Assembly: GCA_002452295.1 (NCBI GenBank) | Contig: DKEX01000081.1 | Coordinates: forward strand, 1,329-65,328 | Source of the DNA: Firmicutes bacterium UBA6811 | GTDB lineage: Bacteria > Bacillota > SHA-98 > UBA4971 | DNA: 64,000 nt | Direction of reading: 5' to 3' | Shown: positions 1 through 10,193 of the stretch, in pieces | Layout of the letters: each line of letters begins with the position of its first letter | Numbering within the stretch: position 1 is the first letter of the stretch | The notes under the pieces: model-generated | Databases searched by the model: none | Told to the model about the DNA's origin: nothing | Seen by the model: only the letters and a program-made list of their open reading frames with translations | Translations under genes and position numbers: made by a program

Positions 1-1800
1 CGCCATGATGGTCCTCTCGTGATCGTAGATGACCATCCCGGGCCGGGCGCCCCTGGCTTTTCTCACGTGCCTCCTCAGGGTGTGGTCCACAGCCACCTTG
101 GACGCCCCCCGCGCCTTGCTGTAGTGAGCCGCGATCTCCGCAGCCCGGAGGAGGACCTCGGCCGACACCTCGCCAGCCCCCTTCGCCTGCGCCCTGATTA
201 TCACGTGGGCGCCCGGGACGCCCCGCGCATGGAGCCACATGTCGTCGGGGCGCGCCATCCTGAGGGTCAGAAGGTCGTTCTCGGTGTTGTTCCGCCCCAC
301 GAGGACCTCGTGGCCGTCCACGGTGAAGGATAGCGGTCCGGAGGGCGCCCTCTCCTTCGGGCCAGGCGCTCTTTCGCGCCGGGGGCGGGCGAGGTAGCCC
401 TGGTCCACGAGCTCCCGCCGGATCTCGTCCAGCGCCTCGGCGCTCTCCGCCTGCTCGATGGTGGTGGCCACCTGCTCGAGGTACTCAAGCTCGCTGCGCG
501 TGCCCGACGCCTGCTCCCTGGCGGCGGCAAGGCGCCGTTTCGCCCGGGAGTACCTTCGGAAGTAGTGCTGCGCGTTTTCGCGCGGCGAGAGCCTGGGATC
601 GAGATCCACCTCCACCTTGCGTAACTCCGGGTCGAAGTAGTCCACGACCCAGGCCCTCGCGCTGCCGCGCCTTATGGCAGGGGCGTTGGCCGCAATGAGC
701 TCGCCCACCCGGCGCAGGTCGTCGGCGTGCCCGGCCTCGGCCATCTCCTCTTCCTGCACTGCCAGCTTGCGCCGCAGCCGGTCGATGGTCCTCGCGACCA
801 CGCGCGATATCTCGGCTGATGCGGCGGCGAGGCTCACCGCCCGCTCCCGCGGGGTGTAGGCGAAGTCGAGAACCTCGGCAGCGGTGGGGAACTGGCGCAC
901 GTCCACTTCGCCTGGCTCCACTGGCAGCGGCGGCGGGCCTGTGACGGATACCCACACGACCTCCCCCGTCTCCCGGTGCACCCCGGCGCACGGCGAGAAC
1001 CGCGCCTCGCGGACGCGTTCCATGGCCTCGCAAAACTCGGTCCACAGCCGCCCGACGGCGTCGCGGTCGAGGCCGGCGCACGGCTGGTCTCCACCCGCGA
1101 GGCCCGCCCTCGAGGCGATCACCATGGATGTGTCGCGGCCGAGACCCTGGAACTTGCGGTTCAAGAACTCCACGCAGGAGATCCCCGAGGCCTCATGATC
1201 AGGGGCAAAGCGCTCTAACGCCTCGCGGAACTCGTCCTCGGATACGGAAAGAGGATCCAGCTTCCCCTGGGACGGCGGAGCAGCGTACGGGACTCCGGGG
1301 CGCACGGTGCGCACACGGCTCAGGGCAGGGCCGATGTGCTTGATGCTGTCCAGCACCATGCCGGACGCGGCGTCCACCAGGATGATGTTGCTGTGCCTCC
1401 CCATCACTTCTATGACGAGGGTCCTCGGCGGGTCATCGTCATGAGGCCCCGAAAACCCGATCTCGAGGACCCTGTCCAGCCCTCGCTGGACCACGCGGGC
1501 GATCCTCGCACCCGTGAGGTGCTTTCGCAGGAGCATGCAGAAAGCGGGCGGCGCCGCCGGGTTCTCGCGATGGACGAAGCTCACGTGTACGCGCGCCGTG
1601 GATGCCTCGGCCGACACGATGACCGGGACGTTTTGCCCCGACCGGCGCACAACGATGACGACGTCCAGCTTTCCCGGCTGGTACACGCCGTCCACCCGCG
1701 CGTTCTGGAGAGACCGAGCCAGTTCTGCCGCCACAGCGGCCATCACGATGCCGTCAAAAGTCATGCTCCACACCCCGTTTCCGTCCATGAGTAGTATATG
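1..1800 (-). CDS. rqcH: RqcH/NFACT-family ribosome quality control protein (FbpA-like), 3' end truncated by the window edge
   Basis: My own minus-strand translation from the ATG at 1800 reads MDGNGVWSMTFDGIVMAAVAAELARSLQNARVDGVYQPGKLDVVIV...VMGRHSNIILVD...ENAQHYFRRYSRAKRR...VGRNNTENDLLTL with no stop before position 1. This ORF is not in the supplied track because it has no in-window stop. The NFACT-N and NFACT-R pattern is typical of YloA/RqcH. Confidence 0.8.
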
Positions 1801-1940
1801 GCCGACGGAGCCTCGCGTCAACGCAGCGTGCCGGGCAGGGCAGCGCCGGCCGGTGACATGATCCTTTGGACAAGAGCATATCAATGAGTGTGTGGCGACC
1901 CGGCCACCCCGGTCGTCGGGCACCTTCCGGAGGAACAGGA

Positions 1941-4736
1941 GTGAGCGCGTTGCAGGAGCGCGGGCAACACGCATGGCACAGCCTCGGCCCTTCCGCTGTC
2001 GCCTCGATCCTGAAAACCAGCCTTGCCACGGGGCTCTCGCCCAGGGAGGCCGAGAGGAGGCTTGACAGGCTGGGCGCCAATGAGCTCAAGGAAACACGCA
2101 GGGCGTCGGTGCTGGAGATGCTCGTAGACCAGTTCCGCGACTTCATGGTGCTGGTCCTCATCGCGGCGGCCGGAGTATCGGTCGCGCTCGGCGAGGTCGG
2201 CGACGCCCTCGCCATCCTGGCCATAGTGACCCTCAATGCGGCCCTCGGGTTCCTCCAGGAGTACAGGGCCGAGCGGTCGCTCGAGGCGCTGAAGGAGCTC
2301 GCTGCGCCGGCAGCCCGCGTCATCAGGGACGATGTGCCGGTGGAGGTGAGGGCCAGGGACGTGGTGCCCGGCGACCTTCTCATGATCGAGGTCGGCGACA
2401 GGATCCCCGCCGACGCCCGGCTCATCGACGAGATGGCCCTGGAGGTGGAGGAGTCGGCACTCACGGGAGAGTCGCTCCCGGTGGCGAAGAGGCCGGACGA
2501 TGTGCTGCCTGCGTCCGCCCCTCTGGGCGACAGGCGGAACATGGTGTTCATGGGTACGGTGGTGACGCGGGGCCGCGGCAGGGCGGTGGTGGTGGCGACC
2601 GGCATGGACACCGAGATAGGCCGGATCGCCCACCTCATCCAGCAGGACAAGGACGAGATGACCCCGCTGCAGCACCGCCTGGAGCACCTGGGCCGCACTC
2701 TCGTGGCAATCTGCGTCGCCCTGTGCGCCTTCGTTTCCGTGGCGGGGATACTGCGGGGCGAGGGGGTCGTGGAGATGTTCCTTGCGGGGGTCAGCCTCGC
2801 GGTGGCGGCGATCCCTGAGGGTCTCCCCGCGGTGGTGACCATAGCCCTCGCCCTGGGGGTCCAGCGCATGAGCAGGCGCAACGCGATAGTGCGCCGGCTC
2901 CCGGCGGTGGAGACCCTCGGCTGCACCACCGTCATCTGCTCCGATAAGACGGGCACCCTCACCCGGAACCAGATGACCCTCACTGAGCTGGATCTTTCTG
3001 GCAGGGTGATAGAGGTCACGGGGACAGGCTACGCACCCCACGGGCAGTTCCTGGAGGGCGCAAGGCCGCTGGACCCGTCAGGCGACCAGCACCTTGCGCT
3101 TGCGCTCAAGATCGGCCTGTACTGCAACAACGCCAGGCTCACCCTGGGCGGGCGCGCCTTGCCAGGGGCCGCCATGCGGCTCCGTTCCGGCCGGGGGACT
3201 CGCGACCGGTGGGGGATCCTGGGGGATCCCACCGAAGGCGCGCTGGTGGTCGCGGCTGCCAAGGCCGGCATGCTGCGGGACGCGCCCGGGGCCGGGGCTG
3301 CAGCAAGGCCCAGGCTCCTTGCGGAGATCCCGTTCGACTCAGGGCGCAAGATGATGACCACCGTATACGAGGACCCAAGGACCGCTGGCGCTATCGCCTA
3401 TGTGAAGGGAGCCCCCGAGGTGGTGCTGGAGGCCTCGAGCTCGCTCCTGGTTGCGGGACGGGTGAGGACCATGACCGGGCACGACCGCGCCCTCATCCTG
3501 GCCCGGGGCGCCAGGATGGCCGCGAGGGGCCTGCGGGTGCTGGCACTTGCGTACCGCGAGCTTGCGAGGGTCTCGGCGCCCGACGGCGGCCAGGTGGAAA
3601 CGAACCTCGTGTTCGTGGGCCTTGCGGGCATGGTGGACCCGCCGCGCGAGGACGTGAAGCGGGCCATCAGGATGGCCCGGAACGCAGGCGTAAGGACCAC
3701 TATGGTCACCGGGGACCACGCGGGGACGGCCGAGGCCGTGGCGCGGGCGCTCGAGCTCGCCGAGGGGGACTCCAGGGCCGTGACCGGCATAGAGCTCGAC
3801 CGCATGACCGACCACGCGCTCCTGCTGACTGTCTCGACAACACAGGTGTTCGCAAGGGTGTCGCCCGAGCACAAGCTGCGGATCGTGCGGGCGCTGAGGG
3901 CGCAGGGCCACGTCGTTGCGATGACCGGTGACGGGGTCAACGACGCGCCGGCGGTGAAGGAGGCGGATATCGGCGTGGCCATGGGGATGTCAGGCACCGA
4001 CGTGACGCGCGAGGCTGCCGCCATGGTGCTCGCCGATGACGACTACGCCACCATCGTCGCCGCGGTGGAGGAGGGCAGGGGGATATACGACAACATCCGC
4101 AAGTTCATACGGTACCTGCTGGCGTGCAACGCAGGCGAGGTGCTCACCATGCTCGTCGCCGTGCTGGTGGGCCTGCCGCTGCCCCTGGTGCCCATGCAGA
4201 TCCTCTGGATGAACCTTGTAACCGACGGCCTGCCCGCCATCGCGCTAGGCGTCGATCCGGTCGACCCCGACGTCATGATGAGAAAACCGCGGCGGCCCAG
4301 GGAGGGCGTGTTCTCGAGGGGCCTCGGCCTCAAGATCGCGTCGCAGGGTGTGTTCATCGGAGTCTGCACCATCGCGGCGTTCGTGCTGTCGCTTTTTCTC
4401 CACGCAGACATCACGCGGGCCCGCACGGTGGCGTTCACGTCCCTGGTCATGGCGCAGCTCTTCTACGTGTTCCACTGCCGGTCCGAGTACCGGTCCATCG
4501 TGGAGATAAACCCCTGGTCGAACCCGTACCTCATCGGCGCGGTGCTGGTGTCCGCGGCGATGCAGATCTCGGTCATATACTGGCCGGCTGCCCAGGGGGT
4601 ATTCCACACCACCGGCCTTGCGGGTATCGACTGGCTGCTGGTGCTGGTGTTCTCGGGGTGGTCCAGCGCGCTCGGGGTGGTCGCCCGCAAGGCCCGCCGC
4701 GCCATCCTGCGGCACATGTCCATCGTGCGCGCATGA
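1941..4736 (+). CDS. Cation-transporting P-type ATPase (Ca2+-ATPase-like, type IIA)
   Basis: Track ORF 1866..4736 contains the DKTGTLT phosphorylation motif, TGDGVNDAPAVKEADIGVAMG, and 10-TM topology. The likely start is the GTG at 1941, preceded by GGAGGAACAGGA. Confidence 0.9.
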   Translation: MSALQERGQHAWHSLGPSAVASILKTSLATGLSPREAERRLDRLGANELKETRRASVLEMLVDQFRDFMVLVLIAAAGVSVALGEVGDALAILAIVTLNAALGFLQEYRAERSLEALKELAAPAARVIRDDVPVEVRARDVVPGDLLMIEVGDRIPADARLIDEMALEVEESALTGESLPVAKRPDDVLPASAPLGDRRNMVFMGTVVTRGRGRAVVVATGMDTEIGRIAHLIQQDKDEMTPLQHRLEHLGRTLVAICVALCAFVSVAGILRGEGVVEMFLAGVSLAVAAIPEGLPAVVTIALALGVQRMSRRNAIVRRLPAVETLGCTTVICSDKTGTLTRNQMTLTELDLSGRVIEVTGTGYAPHGQFLEGARPLDPSGDQHLALALKIGLYCNNARLTLGGRALPGAAMRLRSGRGTRDRWGILGDPTEGALVVAAAKAGMLRDAPGAGAAARPRLLAEIPFDSGRKMMTTVYEDPRTAGAIAYVKGAPEVVLEASSSLLVAGRVRTMTGHDRALILARGARMAARGLRVLALAYRELARVSAPDGGQVETNLVFVGLAGMVDPPREDVKRAIRMARNAGVRTTMVTGDHAGTAEAVARALELAEGDSRAVTGIELDRMTDHALLLTVSTTQVFARVSPEHKLRIVRALRAQGHVVAMTGDGVNDAPAVKEADIGVAMGMSGTDVTREAAAMVLADDDYATIVAAVEEGRGIYDNIRKFIRYLLACNAGEVLTMLVAVLVGLPLPLVPMQILWMNLVTDGLPAIALGVDPVDPDVMMRKPRRPREGVFSRGLGLKIASQGVFIGVCTIAAFVLSLFLHADITRARTVAFTSLVMAQLFYVFHCRSEYRSIVEINPWSNPYLIGAVLVSAAMQISVIYWPAAQGVFHTTGLAGIDWLLVLVFSGWSSALGVVARKARRAILRHMSIVRA

Positions 4737-4746
4737 GCGGTATACA

Positions 4747-5166
4747 CTACTCTTCTGCCAGGTAATGCTGTTGCTTGACGTATGCGGCTACCGCTGCGGT
4801 GAACCGCTCCGCATCTCCCGGCACGTCCAGGGCAGTTCCGACATCGGGCTCGACCGTCGTGCCGTAATCCGCCTCCTCTCTCAGGTCAAAGGCGTTGTGC
4901 AGCATCTTCCCGAGATCTCTCGAGAGGACGCCGGTCTTCGTAAAATGCATGTTGAACAGCGCGATCACGCCGCTGTGCTTTGCGGCGCCCTCATCTATCG
5001 TAGCAAGTACCGCCGGCGTCGCATAGAACATCGCGTAGTACGCCCGGTTTATTATGCTTCTTGGGCTCTTGCCCGTGCGCCCGAGTTCCCGCGCGGCTTC
5101 CAGCACTTCGAAAGCCTGATTCATCCGGTACCTGACGAGCTGTTCCCGCAAGCTTTCCTCCTTCAC
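4747..5166 (-). CDS. HEPN domain protein, putative toxin of a HEPN/MNT pair
   Basis: 139 aa with an all-helical HEPN-like sequence (AYYAMFYA...DLREEADYG). The start overlaps the MNT stop as GTGA. Local GC is about 55-58% against about 68% in the flanks. Confidence 0.7.
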   Translation of the reverse strand: MKEESLREQLVRYRMNQAFEVLEAARELGRTGKSPRSIINRAYYAMFYATPAVLATIDEGAAKHSGVIALFNMHFTKTGVLSRDLGKMLHNAFDLREEADYGTTVEPDVGTALDVPGDAERFTAAVAAYVKQQHYLAEE

Positions 5167-5489
5167 AGCTCCATGCCCTCTTCTACGATCGCCCGGTAGA
5201 GAGTCGTGGCTTTGAAAGGAGACCTGTGCAAGCGCTCGCTGGTGACGACCACGGGCGCGATCACGACGTCCTTCGTAAGCCCCACCTGCCAGGCAACATC
5301 GTTGATCAGCCTGCGTTGCTCTCTTGTAAGGCTCTCGACCTCGATGTAGATGTCCATGTCGGAATCCCGGTCCGACGTCCCCCGGGCCCTCGACCCGAAG
5401 AGCCGAAAGTCCCGGATCCCCATCTTCTGGCCTAGCCCTATCTTGAGCTCGCGAGCAAGCTCGATATCCTCCTTGCGCGCGTGTCCCAT
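5163..5489 (-). CDS. Minimal nucleotidyltransferase (MNT), putative antitoxin partner
   Basis: 108 aa with the nucleotidyltransferase motif LFGSRARGTSDRDSDMDIYIEV (GS-x9-DxD). It lies immediately upstream of, and is translationally coupled to, the HEPN gene. A GGGGGA SD sits 8 nt before the ATG. Confidence 0.75.
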   Translation of the reverse strand: MGHARKEDIELARELKIGLGQKMGIRDFRLFGSRARGTSDRDSDMDIYIEVESLTREQRRLINDVAWQVGLTKDVVIAPVVVTSERLHRSPFKATTLYRAIVEEGMEL

Positions 5490-5501
5490 AGGCTGGTCCC
5501 C

Positions 5502-6794
5502 CTAGATGCCGACACGGCGGAAGATGTCGTCCACGTGCGCAAGGTGCCTGGAGAGGTCAAAGCACGCTTCTATGTCGGCCGGCTTCAGGACGGCGGTGAT
5601 CTCGGCGTCGCCCGAGATGAGGTCCTTGAAGCTCAGACCCTCATCCCAGGTCCGCGCAGCGTTGCGCTGCACCAGGGCGTACGCGTGTTCGCGGCCAAGG
5701 CCGCGATTTACAAGGGCGAGCATCACCGCCTCTGAGAAGATGAGGCCCCCCGTCATCTCGAGGTTGGCCTGCATCCTGTCCTTCCTGACCACGAGGCCCT
5801 CCATCACATCGGCGAACTTCCGGAGCATATAGTCTGTGAGAGTCGTCGCGTCAGGGAGCACGATCCTTTCGACGGAGGAGTTGCTGATATCGCGCTCGTG
5901 CCATAGCGGCACGTTCTCCATGGCGGCCGTGGCGTACCCCCGCATCACCCTGGCGAGGCCGGTGATTCGCTCCGAGACGATGGGGTTGCGCTTGTGAGGC
6001 ATGGCCGACGATCCCTTCTGGCCAGGCCGAAACGGCTCCTGCACCTCGAATACCTCCGTGCGCTGCAGCCCTCGTATCTCGGTGGCGAACTTCTCCAGTG
6101 ACCCGGCGATGATGGCAAGCGCGGTGACGTATTCTGCGTGACGGTCGCGTGAGAGCACCTGCGTTGAAGCCTTCGCGGGCTCGAGCCCCAGCTTGCTGCA
6201 GACGTACTCCTCAACCCTCGGGTCCATGTTGGCGTAGGTGCCCACAGCGCCGGAAAGCCTCCCGACGCTCACCACCTCACGCGCTCTCTGCATCCTGGCG
6301 AGGTTGCGGCGCATCTCCGCGACCCACACCGCGAGCTTGAGCCCGAAGGTGATGGGCTCGGCATGCACGCCGTGGGTCCTGCCGATCATGGGCGTATTCT
6401 TGTACTCCCGCGCCCTGTCCGCCAGGATATCGATGACCTTGCGGAGATCGCGGATAATGATATCTGCGGCATCGCGCAGGAGCAGCGAGAGGGCGGTATC
6501 TACCACGTCGTACGAGGTCATCCCCATGTGGATGTAACGTGCCTCGGCGCCGACGCTCTCCGACACGTTCGTGAGAAACGCTATGACGTCGTGGTCGACT
6601 ATCGCCTCTATCTCGCGGATCCTGGCAAGGTCGAACCGGGCCTTCTCCCTGATGACCTCCACGGCCTCGGCCGGCACCCGGCCTATGCTCGCCCAGCCCT
6701 CGCATGCCAGGATCTCGATATCCAGCCACTTCCTGTACCGGTTCTCGGCCTCCCACAACTGCTTCATCTCAGGATACGTGTAGCGTTCTATCAT
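5502..6794 (-). CDS. purB: Adenylosuccinate lyase
   Basis: MIERYTYPEMKQLWEAENRYRKWLDIEILACEGW... is the PurB signature N-terminus. The fumarate-lyase motif GSSAMPHKRNP is present. The start is taken at the internal ATG at 6794 with a GGGGGAA SD, because the track ORF extends upstream into an R-rich artefact. Confidence 0.9.
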   Translation of the reverse strand: MIERYTYPEMKQLWEAENRYRKWLDIEILACEGWASIGRVPAEAVEVIREKARFDLARIREIEAIVDHDVIAFLTNVSESVGAEARYIHMGMTSYDVVDTALSLLLRDAADIIIRDLRKVIDILADRAREYKNTPMIGRTHGVHAEPITFGLKLAVWVAEMRRNLARMQRAREVVSVGRLSGAVGTYANMDPRVEEYVCSKLGLEPAKASTQVLSRDRHAEYVTALAIIAGSLEKFATEIRGLQRTEVFEVQEPFRPGQKGSSAMPHKRNPIVSERITGLARVMRGYATAAMENVPLWHERDISNSSVERIVLPDATTLTDYMLRKFADVMEGLVVRKDRMQANLEMTGGLIFSEAVMLALVNRGLGREHAYALVQRNAARTWDEGLSFKDLISGDAEITAVLKPADIEACFDLSRHLAHVDDIFRRVGI

Positions 6795-6907
6795 ACCATG
6801 TTCCCCCTGACGCTCCGGCGCGTTCGTCGCGCCCGCTCCCCCGGGAGCCGCCGGCTCACGCCGGTCGCGCCCCCGCCCGGCGCCTGCGAGCCTCGCCCGG
6901 CGGGGCT

Positions 6908-7594
6908 TCACGCAGGCCCAAGGCGCCTGGACCCCGGGTCGACCAATGGTACATTCTCCCTGCAGAGGGGACATTCCTCTGGGTCGTAAGTCTCAAATTC
7001 CACCCGCACGAGTCGCTCGGTGCGGACGCCGAAGTCGGCCCGCCCGCCGCTCCTGTCCACGATCACTCCGACGCCCACGACGGTGCCGCCCGCGTTCGCC
7101 GCCACGTCCAGCACCTCCCTGACGGAGAGCCCGGTGGTTACCACGTCCTCCACCACCAGCACGCGCTCGCCAGGCGCTATGGTAAACCCCCGCCGGAGGA
7201 TACGGCGGTCGCCCTCCCTCTCGGCGAATATGGCCCTCGCCCCAAGGGTGCGCGCCACCTCGTAGGCGACGATAATCCCTCCCGTGGTGGGACCCATGAC
7301 CACGTCCACCCTATCGCCCCGGAACCTCGCGGCAAGGTCGGCGAGGGCCTTCGCCGCAAGGTCCGGGCGCTCCAGGAGCCGAAACTTCTCGATATAAACC
7401 GGGCTGTGTAGCCCGGAGCTCAGCAGGAAGTGCCCGGTGAGATACGCCCCGGTCTCCTTCAGGATCTCCAGCACCTCCGTTGAGACAAGCTGCCCTGCAT
7501 CCCGGGGCGCGCCGGACAGCACACCTCTTCGCGCCCCGCCGGGGTCTGCGCCGTCCATGGGTTCCCGGGTCGTGTCACCTTCCGCCGCTGGCAT
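6908..7594 (-). CDS. pyrE: Orotate phosphoribosyltransferase
   Basis: LVSTEVLEILKETGAYLTGHFLLSSGLHSPVYIEKF... and the PRPP-binding motif VLVVEDVVTTGLS. The ATG at 7594 has an AGGGAGG SD and overlaps the end of pyrF. Confidence 0.85.
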   Translation of the reverse strand: MPAAEGDTTREPMDGADPGGARRGVLSGAPRDAGQLVSTEVLEILKETGAYLTGHFLLSSGLHSPVYIEKFRLLERPDLAAKALADLAARFRGDRVDVVMGPTTGGIIVAYEVARTLGARAIFAEREGDRRILRRGFTIAPGERVLVVEDVVTTGLSVREVLDVAANAGGTVVGVGVIVDRSGGRADFGVRTERLVRVEFETYDPEECPLCRENVPLVDPGSRRLGPA

Positions 7595-8321
7595 CGCGCC
7601 TCGCCTCCCTGACCTCATCAAGCAGAGCATTCGCCGCATCCCTCGGGGATCGCGCGCGCGTGATGGGCCTCCCCACCACGAGGTGATCCGCCCCCGCAAG
7701 CACCGCCTGCCGCGGGGTCATGTATCTTCTCTGATCGTGGACCTCGGCCGCCCAGGCCGGTCTCACGCCCGGGACCACCGTAACGAGGCCAGGCCCGCAC
7801 GCCTTCCGTATGGCGCCCACCTCAAAGGCGGACGTAACGACGCCATCAAGGCCGCTCTCCCGGGCGAGACGCGCCATGCGCACCACGTAATCCCCGAGGT
7901 CGCACCCGGCGGCGATCTCTCGCGAGAAGACGTCGCGGTCTATGCTGGTAAGGAGGGTCACCGCTATCACCGCGGGCGCCTCCACGCCCCTCGCTGCCGA
8001 TGCGGCGCGCACCGCCTCCCCCGCCTCTCTCATCATCCGCGACCCGCCTGCAGCGTGCACGTCGACCATGTACACCCCGGGCCTGACCAGCGTCGCGGCG
8101 GCCCGCGCCACCGTCGTTGGGATGTCGTGGAGCTTCAGGTCGAGGAACACCTTCGCCCCCAGCGCGGCTATGCTGTCGATGACACCGGCCCCAGTCGAGT
8201 AGAAAAGCTCCATGCCCACCTTGAACACCGTGATGCCAGGCATGAGGTCCTCCACGAGCGAGAGAGCCTCCCCGGCGTTGCTCGTGTCAAGTGCCACAAT
8301 GATCTCGCCGGATTCTGCCAC
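7575..8321 (-). CDS. pyrF: Orotidine 5'-phosphate decarboxylase
   Basis: IIVALDTSNAGEALSLVEDLMPGITVFKVGMELFY...KVFLDLKLHDIPTT is the OMPdecase signature. The GTG start is preceded by AAGGAGGGGG. The track ORF extends further upstream into implausible sequence. Confidence 0.85.
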   Translation of the reverse strand: MAESGEIIVALDTSNAGEALSLVEDLMPGITVFKVGMELFYSTGAGVIDSIAALGAKVFLDLKLHDIPTTVARAAATLVRPGVYMVDVHAAGGSRMMREAGEAVRAASAARGVEAPAVIAVTLLTSIDRDVFSREIAAGCDLGDYVVRMARLARESGLDGVVTSAFEVGAIRKACGPGLVTVVPGVRPAWAAEVHDQRRYMTPRQAVLAGADHLVVGRPITRARSPRDAANALLDEVREARRDASGGR

Positions 8322-8337
8322 AGTCACCCCCTCCTTG

Positions 8338-9327
8338 CTACCATGGTCTTTCGGGCTCCTCCCGATTGCCGTGCCCGTGCGGGTTCCCGTCCCCCGGGTC
8401 GGCAAAGGCTCCGGCCGCGGCGCGGCCCACCAGGTCGCGCAGGAACCGAATGCCGCGTTCCTCCAGGTAGGACCCGATTCCGGCGACCACCTCCGGGCAC
8501 GCCGTGGGCGATACGAAGTTCCCGGTGCCCACGGCGACCGCCCTCGCTCCTGCCAGGAGAAACTCGATGGCGTCCGCGGCGGAAGAGATTCCACCTATGC
8601 CCACGACAGGTATCTTCACCGCCGAGGCCGCCTCCCACACCGCCCGGAGGGCGAGCGGCCTTATGGCCGGGCCTGAGAGCCCCGCGAACACCCGGGCGAA
8701 GACGGGCCTCATCCGCGCGGTGTCAACGGCCATGCCGAGGAACGTGTTCACGCACGACACGGCGTCAGACCCGCCCATCTCGGCGGCGCGAGCCGCATCC
8801 GCGATGTCGGCGATGTTCGGGGACAGTTTCACGATGAGGGTCTTCGTCGTCGCACGGCGCACGGCGGCAGTCACGCTGTACACCGACCCGGGGTCGCTTG
8901 CGAAGGGCCGGCCGGCGGCATGGATATTCGGGCAGGAGACGTTGACCTCGATGGCGGCGACCCCTGCCACATCCTCCAGGCGCGACGCAAGCTCGCAGAA
9001 CTCGGCCACCGTGTCCCCGGAGATGTTGACGATCACAGGCACGCCGGCCCCGGCGAGCCTGGGCGCTTCCTCGCTGATAAACGCCTCAAGCCCGGGGTTC
9101 TGGAGACCCACGGAGTTCAGGAGCCCGCACGGCGTCTCCCACAGCCTGGGCGGCGGGTTACCCGCGCGCGGCTCGAGGGTAATACCCTTGGTCACAACCG
9201 CTCCAAGCACGGAGATGTCGAAGAGCTGGCCGAACTCGCGCCCGAAGCCGAAGGTGCCTGATGCCGCCATCACAGGGTTCTTCATCCTGATGGCGCCGAT
9301 GGTAACCGAGAGGTCAGGCGATGCCAT
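8338..9327 (-). CDS. pyrD: Dihydroorotate dehydrogenase catalytic subunit (class 1B)
   Basis: LSVTIGAIRMKNPVMAASGTFGFGREF...NSVGLQNPG...GGISSAADAIEFLLAGA matches PyrD. The ATG at 9327 is preceded by GGAGGTG. Confidence 0.9.
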   Translation of the reverse strand: MASPDLSVTIGAIRMKNPVMAASGTFGFGREFGQLFDISVLGAVVTKGITLEPRAGNPPPRLWETPCGLLNSVGLQNPGLEAFISEEAPRLAGAGVPVIVNISGDTVAEFCELASRLEDVAGVAAIEVNVSCPNIHAAGRPFASDPGSVYSVTAAVRRATTKTLIVKLSPNIADIADAARAAEMGGSDAVSCVNTFLGMAVDTARMRPVFARVFAGLSGPAIRPLALRAVWEAASAVKIPVVGIGGISSAADAIEFLLAGARAVAVGTGNFVSPTACPEVVAGIGSYLEERGIRFLRDLVGRAAAGAFADPGDGNPHGHGNREEPERPW

Positions 9328-10168
9328 CGAGATCCACCTCCCCGGCCCAGAACACCGGGCCATCGACGCAGACCCGCAGGTACGTCTCCCGCCCGCCCCG
9401 GCCGGGCCTTGCCTTGACCGCACACCCCAGGCACGCGCCCAGGCCGCACGCCATCCGCTCCTCCAGGCTCACCTGCACCGGCACGCGGTGAGCCTCACCC
9501 AGCCTTCCGACCTCGCGGAGCATGCCTACGGGGCCGCAAGCATAGACACATCTAGCGCCGCCATCCCGTAGCAGGTCGTCGAGGGCGTCCGTCACAAGGC
9601 CCTGCCTTCCGATGGAGCCGTCCTCGGTCACAACCTGCAGGTCGCGGCGGGGCGTCGCTGCCAGGCCAGCCCCGGCGCAGGGAACGAGGTCAACGCCTAC
9701 CAGCAGGTCCTGGCTCCGCCCCCCGACAAGGAACGAGCACCCCACACCCGCGCGGGAGAGGTCGCGGCTCAACATGATGAGAGGCGCGATCCCGAGCCCA
9801 CCAGCCACGAGAGCCACGTCCCCCTTCCCGTCCGCGGGGGGCATATCGAAACCCCTTCCAAGAGGCCCTAGCACATTGAGGTAGTCGCCGGGCCGAATCT
9901 TGGCAAGCATCTGCGTGCCCCTGCCGACGACCTGGTACAGCACAAGAAGGGTGCCTTCCCCGGGGTCAGCCAGGCACACGCTAAACGGTCGCCGGAGGAG
10001 CGGGTCGAGGGACGACCCGGGGAGGCGCACGTGCACGAACTGGCCGGGGCGGGCGCTCCTGGCGACGTTCGCGTCCGCAAGGCGCATTCGAAAGCATCCC
10101 GGGCCGATCTCGCAGTTCTCGAGCACCTCCGCCATCGAGACCGCCGGTTCCAGCGGCGGATATCCCAT
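9314..10168 (-). CDS. pyrK: Dihydroorotate dehydrogenase electron-transfer subunit
   Basis: A FAD/NAD-binding ferredoxin-reductase fold with a C-terminal CGLGACLGCAV Fe-S cysteine cluster. It lies immediately upstream of, and overlaps, pyrD. The ATG at 10168 has an AAGGGAG SD. Confidence 0.85.
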   Translation of the reverse strand: MGYPPLEPAVSMAEVLENCEIGPGCFRMRLADANVARSARPGQFVHVRLPGSSLDPLLRRPFSVCLADPGEGTLLVLYQVVGRGTQMLAKIRPGDYLNVLGPLGRGFDMPPADGKGDVALVAGGLGIAPLIMLSRDLSRAGVGCSFLVGGRSQDLLVGVDLVPCAGAGLAATPRRDLQVVTEDGSIGRQGLVTDALDDLLRDGGARCVYACGPVGMLREVGRLGEAHRVPVQVSLEERMACGLGACLGCAVKARPGRGGRETYLRVCVDGPVFWAGEVDLDGIA

Positions 10169-10193
10169 GAGCACTGCTCCCTTCAGAGGCTGG

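Noticed and set aside
485-1081. Arginine/proline-rich ORFs on the minus strand (485..1081) and plus strand (19..333, 884..1198, 1336..1794) overlapping the region before the ATPase
   Set aside because: They are antisense or out of frame relative to the clearly coding RqcH ORF found by translating from the ATG at 1800. The Arg/Pro/Gly bias is the typical artefact of off-frame high-GC sequence.
1754-3041. Long minus-strand ORFs (1754..3019 and 1881..3041) antisense to the P-type ATPase
   Set aside because: They are low-complexity Ser/Arg/Pro-rich translations with no motifs. The plus-strand frame carries unmistakable P-type ATPase motifs.
6869-6906. GC-rich palindromic segment at the pyrE stop, considered as the pyr operon terminator
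   Set aside because: The stem is imperfect, it straddles the stop codon, and it lacks a U-tract. It is too ambiguous to call.
7437-8837. 466-aa plus-strand ORF across pyrE, pyrF and pyrD
   Set aside because: It is antisense to three well-supported pyr genes, and its composition is Arg/Pro/His-rich with no motifs.
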